Notes: generated from the sequence alone by a model not told the origin. Positions 19,035 to 28,683 are shown, counted from the first letter of the stretch. The stretch: DNA of 64,000 nt from Candidatus Moranbacteria bacterium GW2011_GWF2_35_54 (GCA_000990945.1 LBQR01000003.1:11089-75088); one strand, 5' to 3'. A program made the numbers and translations.

Positions 19035-19574
19035 CTAAATATATTCCAGCACATCGCTTGATTTTTTAATGGTATTTTTAACCATCTTTCCATACCGATC
19101 TTTTTTTAAATATTCTGATTCTATAATTAACGCATCTACGCCGACATCTTTTGCTGGTTTGTAATCCCAACGATAACTATCCCCAACCATCAGAGCCCTG
19201 CTTTTCGGTATTTTTCTTTTTTTTAATATTTTAAGAATAAATTCTCCTTTCGAAGATTGAATTTCTCGTGTCGCATGTATTTCATCAAACAATTTCACAA
19301 GTTTAAAATGTGCCACCTTATGATTGATGACAACGTCAGCTTCCTTGGGCGGATGAGGATGGGTTGAAAGTAAGATAACAGTCACTCCCAGTTTCTTTAA
19401 CTTTTTTAGAGTAACCAGTGCTGTCGGAATCATCATTAAATGCTCACAATAGTTGTCTTTACTATCCTCATGCGCATATATCCAATGTGGTTTCTCTGTG
19501 TACTTCGTTTTTTTTGGATACCACAAAGTCCCGTCACCATCCAAAAATATTATCTTTTTTTCATTTGCAATCAT
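19035..19574 (-). CDS. HAD-superfamily phosphatase
   Basis: Motif I FLDGDGTLW (DxDxT). Confidence 0.55.
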   Translation of the reverse strand: MIANEKKIIFLDGDGTLWYPKKTKYTEKPHWIYAHEDSKDNYCEHLMMIPTALVTLKKLKKLGVTVILLSTHPHPPKEADVVINHKVAHFKLVKLFDEIHATREIQSSKGEFILKILKKRKIPKSRALMVGDSYRWDYKPAKDVGVDALIIESEYLKKDRYGKMVKNTIKKSSDVLEYI

Positions 19575-20674
19575 ATTTTTTGATTCAATAAAATTTTACC
19601 ATAATATGTTTGGCTCAAATCATCGTCCGGCAGTTCATCTTCCGTTAGTCTTGTAATCATTTCCGCATTAAAATTAGCTGACCAATTTTCAGAGACCATT
19701 GATACAACCTCTTTGATAACTATTATGTTTAATTTGCGCAACAGTTGTAGATCAGCAAAAATTTCCGGGAATCTCAATTTTAAAATTGGCAGCAAGTGAT
19801 GAAAATTTTTCCCTTTAAACTTAGAAAAGTCCTTTGTCCCTTCGACATATTGTTGAGGGTTATCAATAAAACCGAGCAATGAATTGAGCGCCCTTACTTT
19901 TGGGGCTTTTAGTGAAGAATCAAAATCAATTAGCGCAGTTAGTTTTGTCCCAACATGCAAAATATTTCCCATGTGCGTATCCGTATGAACGAATACAGAT
20001 TCACCACTATCAAAAATGGAAACGTGTTTTTTAAAATAGACTTCTATTTTATCTAGATTCTCAGGTGCACATAATTTTTCCTCTCTAATTTTAGCAATAT
20101 GGTCATCAAATTCTTTGGTTATAAATTCTGCATATGTGGGATAGGATTCTATGTCGTCAAGCGTGACCCGGCCAAAATTGGAAAATTTGATTTCAAAAAG
20201 ATTATCTATAACATCCAAAGCTTGTTGAAAAATAATTTCTCTATCTTTTTCACTCATTTCTAGAATATCGTCCAAAAGCATATGGCCGTTTGCCCTCTCC
20301 ATTACCAAAGCTTCAAATGGGGTTTTTTCAAAATTGTCATAGGCCAACACATTCACTACCAGTGAATGCTCGCCAAGGCGGTCGGAGACAATTTTGTTTG
20401 CCCAATAATCAGGATGTCCTTTCTCTTGATTTAACTTTATAACTAAATCATCGGTTATATAGGTCGCATTGACATTGCCAGCGCCAGCTTCGACAATTTC
20501 ATTAATAGACGGCAATTTTGATATATTAAGCATTTTTAAAACCTCTAAGACTTGCTCTCGAGAAAATTTCGATACCCGCTTTTTATATTGTCGGGCTATC
20601 TCATTTTGATACTCCTCCGAGTCAACATATCTCTGAGTTACATTGTCTTCTTTTTTGTCTGGCATGTTTTTCAT
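19571..20674 (-). CDS. Phosphotransferase of the APH/choline-kinase (protein-kinase-like) family
   Basis: Brenner/catalytic motif HTDTHMGNIL and DFDSS. Overlaps the downstream gene by 4 nt. Confidence 0.6.
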   Translation of the reverse strand: MKNMPDKKEDNVTQRYVDSEEYQNEIARQYKKRVSKFSREQVLEVLKMLNISKLPSINEIVEAGAGNVNATYITDDLVIKLNQEKGHPDYWANKIVSDRLGEHSLVVNVLAYDNFEKTPFEALVMERANGHMLLDDILEMSEKDREIIFQQALDVIDNLFEIKFSNFGRVTLDDIESYPTYAEFITKEFDDHIAKIREEKLCAPENLDKIEVYFKKHVSIFDSGESVFVHTDTHMGNILHVGTKLTALIDFDSSLKAPKVRALNSLLGFIDNPQQYVEGTKDFSKFKGKNFHHLLPILKLRFPEIFADLQLLRKLNIIVIKEVVSMVSENWSANFNAEMITRLTEDELPDDDLSQTYYGKILLNQKI

Positions 20675-20690
20675 AATTGATTTTTAATTT

Positions 20691-21302
20691 TTATATCAGC
20701 TCCAAAATGTTTTTGTATTTACTAATCCTAAAATCATAGTTTTCTTTTTCGTTTTGTTCCAATTTTGATCCCATAGTGTCAACCATAGCCAGTAACATCG
20801 TTTCATTATAGATATTTGGCATTTTAATTTTAAAGTCATTAAGCGCTTGCTCACAATCTTCTCGACTTCCTAAAATTTTATGGGGTTGACCATGATTTTC
20901 GATTATCGAAATAATAAATTTTTTTTCATCATCACTAAGTTCAAATCTTTTTAGAATGTTTTTGGCTTTTATAGCACCTTTTTCTTCATGATTAGGAAAT
21001 GAGTTAGTTTTGTCATTAGCAATTAACATTGTTTCATTTTTGGAAATATCATGTAGCAGAATTGCTATTCTAAGCAAAGATTTTTTTGAGTTGTTATTTA
21101 TTTTCACATCTAACCAATCTATTTGATTAGTGCTAATAATTTTTTCATACTCACTTAAAACGGATATGGTATGCTCAAAAGTTGTTTCGTGATGCCATCG
21201 ATTATTTTCAAAAGTATTTTTCAACTCGTAAAGCTCGGGTATTTCATTTTGAAATTCTCCGCCTATTATTTTATCAATCGATATGTCAGCAATATTTATC
21301 AT
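20691..21302 (-). CDS. HD-domain phosphohydrolase
   Basis: H...HD pattern (HHETTFEH ... LLHDISK). Confidence 0.55.
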   Translation of the reverse strand: MINIADISIDKIIGGEFQNEIPELYELKNTFENNRWHHETTFEHTISVLSEYEKIISTNQIDWLDVKINNNSKKSLLRIAILLHDISKNETMLIANDKTNSFPNHEEKGAIKAKNILKRFELSDDEKKFIISIIENHGQPHKILGSREDCEQALNDFKIKMPNIYNETMLLAMVDTMGSKLEQNEKENYDFRISKYKNILELI

Positions 21303-21398
21303 AGTGTTTATAAAAAATAGTAATTTGTCTCTGTGACCTCGAATAGCTGAAAAACTTTTATTGATTATCTTCGAGGTATTAATGCTTGATTTTGCGAA

Positions 21399-22007
21399 TT
21401 AATATAAATCCCATTTACTTGCGTTTTTCGAGAAACCAACTATAACCTCTAAGTTTTTTGGGATAAACTCTGGCTCGAGTAAAAATGCGGTAAGACGAAG
21501 ATGCCCTTCCAAAACGACAACAGATGAATCTTTATCACTTGCTAGAAAAATTAGGCGTGGGAACTTAACCCCATTTTTAATAGCCTCAGCAACCGATAAA
21601 AATCTTTCGTTACTTTGATTGAAAATTTCTTTGCCAGCCTGAATATTTTTTACTGCATCAATTGCTAGGCGAGAGCCATCAGTTAACTCTTTCCAATAAT
21701 CATATGCGATATATTTTGCTTGTTTTAATTCTTCAGGAGTTAAGAGGGCTATGTGCCATTGAACGTCATTGGGGAAATTTTCAAATAGTTCTTGGTTTCT
21801 GCCATAACCTCTATATTCACCGAGTAAAGTTTTGCGGAATATATTGTCATCTTTATTTTTTAAATTAGGTTCGGTTATCAGTTTATGGTCAGCGCTGTAT
21901 TTATCAAGCAGACTTTTCAAACGACTATTAAAGCGTTCCGAAGAATATTCAGCTTTCAAAAACTCGGCAATCATTTCGTTCTCACTTATTTTTCCTGTTA
22001 AATTCAT
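21399..22007 (-). CDS. Hypothetical protein (202 aa)
   Basis: ORF with no recognised domain. Confidence 0.4.
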   Translation of the reverse strand: MNLTGKISENEMIAEFLKAEYSSERFNSRLKSLLDKYSADHKLITEPNLKNKDDNIFRKTLLGEYRGYGRNQELFENFPNDVQWHIALLTPEELKQAKYIAYDYWKELTDGSRLAIDAVKNIQAGKEIFNQSNERFLSVAEAIKNGVKFPRLIFLASDKDSSVVVLEGHLRLTAFLLEPEFIPKNLEVIVGFSKNASKWDLY

Positions 22008-22061
22008 AATATTTTTATCAATCCATGCTTTTTTGTATTAACACCCAATATACTCAGCAAA

Positions 22062-23288
22062 TCAGGCTTTCTTAAGTGCAAATATTTTTCTGCTAGTAAA
22101 CGCCCATATTGCAAAAACCAACAAAAAAATACTTGTTGATATATAAATTGTCTGCAGATTCCAAATCTTACTGATTATTCCAAAGATTGGGGTTAAGAAA
22201 ACACCAAAAAGATTAATCAGCAAGGCGCTTACAGAAGTTACTGTTGCCCTGCCGACTGACTTAACATTATGCTGTATTTTACTATCAATCAATACGCTAA
22301 GTGGCGAGGTAATAAAATATGCTAGTAGCAAAACGCCAATCATTGGAATGCTTGGTTTAAGCCCAACAAAGAAAAGCAAAATCACTGCAACAAGCGGAAA
22401 GACATAAAATATCCAAATGGCTTTTTTGAATTTATGAGCATAGTAAGAGCCAATAGAATTTAGCACCGACCAAAAGAAGCCAACTAGGCCAAAAGCGTAA
22501 ATCGGCAAGCCGGAAAGTTGATAATATAATTGATCAAATTCCTCAATATTTCCGAAAATTGAGATCCCGAAAGAGTAAAGCAAGAAAATTAGCAGAACTT
22601 TATTACTTTTTACTTCTCGATAAGCAAGTTTTATATAATCGAGGTAATGAACTTCCTCAGTAGATTTTGTTTTTGGCGTTTCTCTGATAAGCAGGGCAAA
22701 AAACGCAGATAATAAAAGCGGGATGACTGAAAAAATTAACGCCCAGTCTAAGTTATAGTGAGCTATAAACCCACCAGTGACCGTGGAAATAGCTAAGGCA
22801 ATATGCTTGTAGAATTTTTTCTGCCCCAGCACTTTTTCATATTCATCTTTTTTCTTAAATGCTACGAGTTCATCGTAAAGCAAAGCTTCTGTTGTGCCTG
22901 AAACGAGAGAACTGCCGATGGCCCAAAAGAGGAATCCAAGACCATACAGATAAAAGTTGCCGTCTGCTAAAAACCAAACAACAAAACAAACAGATTTTAT
23001 TGCTGGAGCAATTACGAGCATTTTTTTGCGACTCCAATAATCTGCAAGCGCCCCCGAAGGAACTTCGAGTAACATTGCCGCCAATGCCCACCAAGCAAGT
23101 AGCATTGAGATTTCAAAAACAGAAAGCCCGCGAATGTTAAAAAGTACATTATAAATAGCATACGCAAAAACAAAATCGTACAATGACGAGCTTAATAAAT
23201 AATTACGAATAAATGATTTATATTTTTGCATCTCCATGTTGATTAAATATTTTCCCGATTTAATGTTCTTGATTTGCCCAATATTCAT
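22062..23288 (-). CDS. MFS transporter
   Basis: ~12 TM helices. Start may be the internal M. Confidence 0.6.
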   Translation of the reverse strand: MNIGQIKNIKSGKYLINMEMQKYKSFIRNYLLSSSLYDFVFAYAIYNVLFNIRGLSVFEISMLLAWWALAAMLLEVPSGALADYWSRKKMLVIAPAIKSVCFVVWFLADGNFYLYGLGFLFWAIGSSLVSGTTEALLYDELVAFKKKDEYEKVLGQKKFYKHIALAISTVTGGFIAHYNLDWALIFSVIPLLLSAFFALLIRETPKTKSTEEVHYLDYIKLAYREVKSNKVLLIFLLYSFGISIFGNIEEFDQLYYQLSGLPIYAFGLVGFFWSVLNSIGSYYAHKFKKAIWIFYVFPLVAVILLFFVGLKPSIPMIGVLLLAYFITSPLSVLIDSKIQHNVKSVGRATVTSVSALLINLFGVFLTPIFGIISKIWNLQTIYISTSIFLLVFAIWAFTSRKIFALKKA

Positions 23289-23417
23289 TCTCCAACTTTA
23301 TAATTCCCTTTCCATTCATCAAACTCTTGATCTATTTTTTGCAAAAACATTATTTTTATTTTAGAAATAATAAAGTTTTGATATTTATTCTTTTAATTTG
23401 CCTTAAAAAAAATCTAT

Positions 23418-23708
23418 TTAAGTGCCCTCCTGCATATAATCACTAACAATCATTATTATTTTTTGAACATTTTTATTGCAAGATTTAAAATCGATTTTAT
23501 CTAAAATATCATTGCCATATTTTCTAATTAAATCACTAATGAGAGCATGAACAAACGATTGAGTTGCGGCATCAATGTTACTGAAATCCAACACAACCCT
23601 CTTGCCACTTTCTATGGCAGGTATGATTTCTTTGATTCTTATATCTCTAGCGATATCTTTATTTTCGGCGAAAGAGCCGACTCTTTCGAATAATTTAATA
23701 TTTTTCAT
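23418..23708 (-). CDS. STAS-like protein (DUF4325-type anti-sigma-antagonist fold)
   Basis: VVLDFSNID...QSFVHALI pattern. Overlaps upstream GHKL gene stop by 4 nt. Confidence 0.5.
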   Translation of the reverse strand: MKNIKLFERVGSFAENKDIARDIRIKEIIPAIESGKRVVLDFSNIDAATQSFVHALISDLIRKYGNDILDKIDFKSCNKNVQKIIMIVSDYMQEGT

Positions 23709-24658
23709 ACAAATTTAGGTTTTTTATATCTAGCTTTTCTTCTTTCTTTTACTGTTTTAGAATACACACCTCTAATTAAATCTAATAACTCTGAAAATTC
23801 TTTTGTTTCATCAAGAGAAATATCAACCCCCACAACTGTACCATCCCAAATCGGAAGCTTTTCTGATTTGGAATGTTTATCCCGAAATGGATCAGCAAAC
23901 AATTTATCAGAACCACTCTTTAATAATTTGTATAAAGCATCACCACTGTAAATCATAAAAAAATCATGATTCACTTTAGCTATAGTTTTAATAAAAAATA
24001 ATCCTGCTCCCGCATTATATTCCGTGCCACCTTCTTTTTTCGTCGTTCCGGTAATCCCAGGGATTAAAGCTAAACGAATAGCTTCCATATTGGTAAACGC
24101 ATTATGAGATTTATTTATAGTTTTTTTTATTCCTACTCCCGTATCCACAATTCCAATTGCGATTCTATTACTCTTTTTATAATACTGAGCAGATACAATT
24201 GCCCCATCTTTTGAACCAGAATGCTCTATAACGTTTCTAACCAATTCGCTCACCACGTATCGAATTGGATCAACTTGAGCAGGCTGAAGATGTAAAAGAG
24301 GTATAATTTCCTTAATGAAATGCGATAATTCCTCGGAATTTTTTATCTGAGTCAATGGAATAAATCGACCCGCTGATTCATGTTCTTCTACGCTTATTCC
24401 GGATTTAACACCTAAAAATTTAAATAATCCCATTCTTTGAAGATAATGAGCAGATTTTGCCGTAAGAGTTTCACAAATAATATTTTCTGGTTTTACCGGA
24501 AGACCAAGGGCAGCCACCATAGATAAAACTACTGGATGAACAGCGATCCAGCTTTCGTTTGCAGTAATTTCTAATTTTTCTTTATTGGAAAAATCAATAT
24601 TTTTTAAAAAAGGATCGATATTTCCAATAAATGCGCTATTTGGCAAATAAATATTCAT
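23705..24658 (-). CDS. GHKL-family ATPase/kinase (RsbW-like) with ~130-aa N-terminal domain of unknown function
   Basis: N-box ELVRNVIEHSG, G1 GIVDTGVGI, G2 GAGLFFIK. Confidence 0.6.
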   Translation of the reverse strand: MNIYLPNSAFIGNIDPFLKNIDFSNKEKLEITANESWIAVHPVVLSMVAALGLPVKPENIICETLTAKSAHYLQRMGLFKFLGVKSGISVEEHESAGRFIPLTQIKNSEELSHFIKEIIPLLHLQPAQVDPIRYVVSELVRNVIEHSGSKDGAIVSAQYYKKSNRIAIGIVDTGVGIKKTINKSHNAFTNMEAIRLALIPGITGTTKKEGGTEYNAGAGLFFIKTIAKVNHDFFMIYSGDALYKLLKSGSDKLFADPFRDKHSKSEKLPIWDGTVVGVDISLDETKEFSELLDLIRGVYSKTVKERRKARYKKPKFV

Positions 24659-24669
24659 ATTTTACTTAA

Positions 24670-24782
24670 TTTTACCGGGATTTGCATATTTTGTCAATTT
24701 ACCGGGATTCCCGGTAAAATAAACCACATACAAAAATTCTTAATTGTCATATATTTCACTACAAATATAAAATAGTCAGATA
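24670..24782. repeat. ~110-bp direct repeat copy 1 containing 19-bp perfect palindrome TTACCGGGATTCCCGGTAA (24699-24717)
   Basis: ~85% identical to 24952-25066. Starts 10 bp upstream of the GHKL gene start codon. Confidence 0.75.
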
Positions 24783-24951
24783 CTTTTCCATGATTCTATT
24801 TATAAATAAAATTTACTATTTTATACCTCAAATAAAGCATAATCCATAGTATGCATTGAACTATGGATAAAATGTGCAATAAAATGCCATTTTGTCCTTT
24901 ATCCATAGCTTATTTCTCTATACTTATTATACTATAGAACAATTAAACACT

Positions 24952-25066
24952 TTTACCGGGATTTGTAAAAATTGTCAAATTACCGGGAATCCCGGTAAAA
25001 TCAACAAAATGTAAAAAGTCTTGACTATTGTATATTCCACTATACAATAGTCAGAATGCACTTTTT
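24952..25066. repeat. ~110-bp direct repeat copy 2 with palindrome TTACCGGGAATCCCGGTAA (24980-24998) and perfect hairpin TGACTATTGTATA-ttccac-TATACAATAGTCA (25022-25053)
   Basis: Seen in sequence. Confidence 0.75.
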
Positions 25067-25130
25067 GTGGCTTATTTTGGGATTTTTTTTATATGACCGG
25101 AATTTTAAATTTGTCCTAAATCTAGCAAAA

Positions 25131-25823
25131 TTAACTCAAAATCACCACCAATTCCCCTTTGATTTTTTCTTTCCGGCTAAAATACTCAGTCATTTCATCG
25201 ATACTTCCGCGCACTACTTCTTCAAACATCTTAGTTAATTCTCGGCCGACGATAATATCTTTCGCGTAACCTAATTCTTTTAATAATTCTAAGTTTTTTA
25301 AAAGTCGGTGCGGGGAATCGTAATACATTACTGGATATTTAAATTCTATCGCTTCTTTAAAGAAAGTTTGGCGTCCTTTTTTGTGCGGTGGAAAACCCAA
25401 AAAAACAAATTTCTGCATATCAATTCCGGCTACACTAATTAGTGCTCCGATAGCTGAGGCTCCTGGAATCGGAACAACACTTATCTCCTCCCCGACTACC
25501 TGCTCTACCAACATATTGCCAGGATCACTTATGCCTGGAGTACCGGCATCAGTAACCAGCGCCATATTTTCACCATTTTTTAATCTTTCGATAATTTCAT
25601 CAACTTTTGCAATTTTACTATGTTGATGGTAGGACATGGCTGAAACTTTAATTTCATATCTGTCTAATAATTTTCTCGTTACCCGCGTATCCTCGCAGAG
25701 AATTAAATTCACAGTTTTAAGTGTTTCAATAGCGCGCAAAGTAATATCTCCCATGTTCCCAATGGGTGTGGCTACCACATATAAAATTCCTTTTTCTAAA
25801 TTTTCCATATTTTTAAACTGCAA
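25131..25823 (-). CDS. rsmI: 16S rRNA (cytidine1402-2'-O)-methyltransferase RsmI
   Basis: GILYVVATPIGNMGDITLRAIETLK..LILCEDTR tetrapyrrole-methylase-fold signature. Confidence 0.8.
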   Translation of the reverse strand: MQFKNMENLEKGILYVVATPIGNMGDITLRAIETLKTVNLILCEDTRVTRKLLDRYEIKVSAMSYHQHSKIAKVDEIIERLKNGENMALVTDAGTPGISDPGNMLVEQVVGEEISVVPIPGASAIGALISVAGIDMQKFVFLGFPPHKKGRQTFFKEAIEFKYPVMYYDSPHRLLKNLELLKELGYAKDIIVGRELTKMFEEVVRGSIDEMTEYFSRKEKIKGELVVILS

Positions 25824-25828
25824 AAAAA

Positions 25829-26836
25829 TTACATTTTACCTTCACTCTTCTTCATAAATTCTTTAGCCACTACTCCCACAGCCGTCGCTACCGGTACGGC
25901 CAAAATTGCCCCGGCTACACCGGCTATTTTTAAACCAATTAACATTGATAAAATAACAGCCAAGGGATTTAAGCCTACCGCTTTTTTCATTATTTGAGGA
26001 ACAATAATATTGCTCTCTATTTGATGCACTAAGACATAGAAAAATAACACAAAAATGGCCTTAACCGGAGAAACCAAAACAGCGATAAGCGTTGCCAACG
26101 AGGCTGCAATAGTCGGACCGATATAAGGAATAATTTCCAAAAATCCGCTGATTATCGCAATCACCAAGGCATAAGGTACTCCTAAAAAATAAAGGATGGT
26201 GTAATCTAATAAAAAAATAGTTAACATCAAAATCAATTGTCCGCTCATCCAGCGCCCAATTCTATTTTTTATCTTTTTAGCCAATCTGACTGTTGTAACT
26301 TTGTATTTTTCCGGGCTCACTGACTCTAAAAAATTTTCCATACCGTCTTGGTGAATCGACATATAGAAAGCCATGGAAAAAACTACCACAAAAGAAATTA
26401 ATCCGCTAAAAAATCCCACCGTGGTTGAAAAAATATTAAAAGAACCGTCTCCAAGATTATTGCTAATATTGCTAAGATTTAAGTTTAAGCCATAAAAAGA
26501 AACTCCCTTCAAAAAACTATCCGCCTGCCCAAGATAATCCGGCAAAGCCACTAAAAATGCCCTAAATTGACTAGATAGCGCCGGCACCAAAAAAGAAATA
26601 ACCGCCACTAAAATAGAAATCAAAAAAAGATAAATAATCAAAACTCCCAAAATGCGCGGGATTCTTATTTTTAATTTAAACCAACTTACCAATGGGTCGA
26701 TGGCCGCCATTACAATGATAGCCACAAAAAACAACACCAATACATCTCTAATTAAATAAAGAAATCCAAGTCCTAAAATAATTGCGACTACTTTTAAAAT
26801 CATCTCTGTCGATGCTCCGATTAATTTATTTTCCAT
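25829..26836 (-). CDS. AI-2E family (PerM/UPF0118) membrane transporter
   Basis: Topology and conserved C-terminal region typical of the family. Confidence 0.6.
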   Translation of the reverse strand: MENKLIGASTEMILKVVAIILGLGFLYLIRDVLVLFFVAIIVMAAIDPLVSWFKLKIRIPRILGVLIIYLFLISILVAVISFLVPALSSQFRAFLVALPDYLGQADSFLKGVSFYGLNLNLSNISNNLGDGSFNIFSTTVGFFSGLISFVVVFSMAFYMSIHQDGMENFLESVSPEKYKVTTVRLAKKIKNRIGRWMSGQLILMLTIFLLDYTILYFLGVPYALVIAIISGFLEIIPYIGPTIAASLATLIAVLVSPVKAIFVLFFYVLVHQIESNIIVPQIMKKAVGLNPLAVILSMLIGLKIAGVAGAILAVPVATAVGVVAKEFMKKSEGKM

Positions 26837-26846
26837 AGTGGTTAAT

Positions 26847-28078
26847 TTAAAATTTTAATATTTCTTCCAATTCCTTAGTTCTTTTGTGCGGTCCAGTTAA
26901 GGCTAAATTTAATTTTTCGTTTCTAAAAATATCTTTAGCTACGCGCAAAATATCTTCTTGGGTTACTTTATCGATCTTTTTAAAAATATCTTTGGGAGTT
27001 AATATTTTTTCTTTTCTAATTTCTTGCCCTATCAAAAATGAAGCCACGGAGTCAGATGATTCCAGGCCCATTACCGATTTACCTTTTACATAATCTTTGG
27101 CTTTTTGTAGCTCTTGCGCGGTGACTTTTCTGCTGGCAATTTTCTTATATTCTTTCAAAATTGTCTCTACAGCTTTAGCTAAATTTTTATGTTCTACTCC
27201 CGCTGAAGTCGCTAGATAACCAGCCTCCTGATAAGATTCTGTACCGGTATGCACATAATAAGCCAGTCCTTGTCGCTCTCTGACATTGATGAAGAGTCGA
27301 CTACTCATATTACCTCCTAAAATAATAGAAAGCAAGGATAAGACATACTCATCTTTGTGCCCATCGGGATAAGCGCGTACTCCTAAAATTAAATGGGTTT
27401 GATCGGTTTTCTTATTTTTAATTTTTATTTGAGGTGCATTTTGTGTTTCAATTACTTTTATAACTTCTCAATTTTCCTTATCAATTTATTCTCATCTATT
27501 TTTCCAGCTATACAAACAACTGTATCGCCAGAGATATAAAATCTCTTTATATAATTAATAAAGTCATTTCTCTTTACACTCCCGATAGTTTCTTTGGTTC
27601 CGATAATTTGCCTGCCCAATTTTTGATTACCATACAAAAGACCTTCAAAAACATCATCCACACTTCGCATCGGCATATCCTCATACATATTCAATTCCTG
27701 AATAATTGTTCCACGTTCTTTATTTATTTCTTTGGTATCAAATTTGGAGTTAAGAAACATATCTGATATTACATCCAAAGTTTTATCTAAATGTTTAGCA
27801 TCGCTTTTGGCATAATAAGCCGTACTGGTTTTACCTGTAAAAGCGTTAAATTCTCCCCCAATAGCATCCAGTTCATTGGCAATTATTTGAGTGTTAGCGC
27901 GCTTCTTCGTACCCTTAAACATCATGTGCTCAATAAAGTGAGAAAGTCCCCGCTCTTCGTCGTTTTCATACCTTGATCCTACTCCCACCATCACCATCAC
28001 CGTCGCTGTTTGCGTGTCTTTCATCGGAGCAGTAATTATTCTTAATCCATTTTTTAAGGTTGTTTTTTTATAATTCAT
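26847..28078 (-). pseudogene. M16 (pitrilysin/insulinase) family zinc peptidase split into two ORFs (27458-28078 N-domain with HFIEHMMF zinc motif; 26847-27335 C-domain) in different frames
   Basis: The two pieces together span a normal M16 length. Frames differ (28078 mod 3 = 1, 27335 mod 3 = 2) with a 122-nt gap. Confidence 0.5.
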
Positions 28079-28164
28079 AAAGTATTAATAAATTTATTGA
28101 TTTAAGCCAGCTTTTCACTAACTAAAAAGCTACTCTAATAGTAGCCTATAGTGCCCAAAAATTC

Positions 28165-28360
28165 AAATATATTGTTACAATATATTGTAACTTACGCGTT
28201 TGAACTATATAGCCTTGGTTTCTAAAAAATATTATTTTTTCGAACTGCCCGCTTCGCAGTAGCTTTAGCGAGGCGAGCCGTGCGAAGCGAAAGGCGAGAA
28301 AAAATGATATTTTTCAGAAACGCATAAAACAAAAATAATATTCAAACGCGTAAGTCCTAT
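28165..28360. repeat. Composite nested palindromic structure (outer ttacgcgtttgaa/ttcaaacgcgtaa; inner tttctaaaaaatattattttttcgaac/gagaaaaaatgatatttttcagaa; core cgcttcgcagtagctttagcgaggcgagccgtgcgaagcg = family B)
   Basis: Seen in sequence. Core shared with 30797-30827 and 57518-57670. Confidence 0.65.
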
Positions 28361-28371
28361 ATATATCAAAA

Positions 28372-28683
28372 CTATTGCAAAGAATTAAAAAAGTTATACA
28401 AAACTGAAAGAAAAACTATATTCTGGAGCATCAAAAGCGGAATCCCTAAAATAAAATGCCATTTTCTGTTTTTATGATGAAAAACAAACATCCCCAGATA
28501 AACCCCGGCGCTCCCAAAAGCCGCAGCCATAAAAAATAAAATTCCCTCTGAAATTCTTTCCGCTTTAGCCTTGCCTTTTCTTGATTTAACTTTGTCCAAC
28601 ATCATTGCCAGAAAAGCTCCTATATTTATAATCAAATATACTATTGCCACCATTAAAAAATTTATATCCATATTTTTTACCAT
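28372..28683 (-). CDS. DUF1294-family small membrane protein
   Basis: Matches the DUF1294 pattern (FLAMMLDK..SR....RISE..L.....GS.G...GM..FHHK). Confidence 0.55.
   Translation of the reverse strand: MVKNMDINFLMVAIVYLIINIGAFLAMMLDKVKSRKGKAKAERISEGILFFMAAAFGSAGVYLGMFVFHHKNRKWHFILGIPLLMLQNIVFLSVLYNFFNSLQ

Noticed and set aside
24783-24951. oriC (TTATCCATA DnaA-box-like sequences)
   Set aside because: Only 2-3 boxes, no adjacent dnaA/dnaN, and no AT-rich DUE distinguishable from the already AT-rich background. Kept only as a low-probability note inside the intergenic-region finding.
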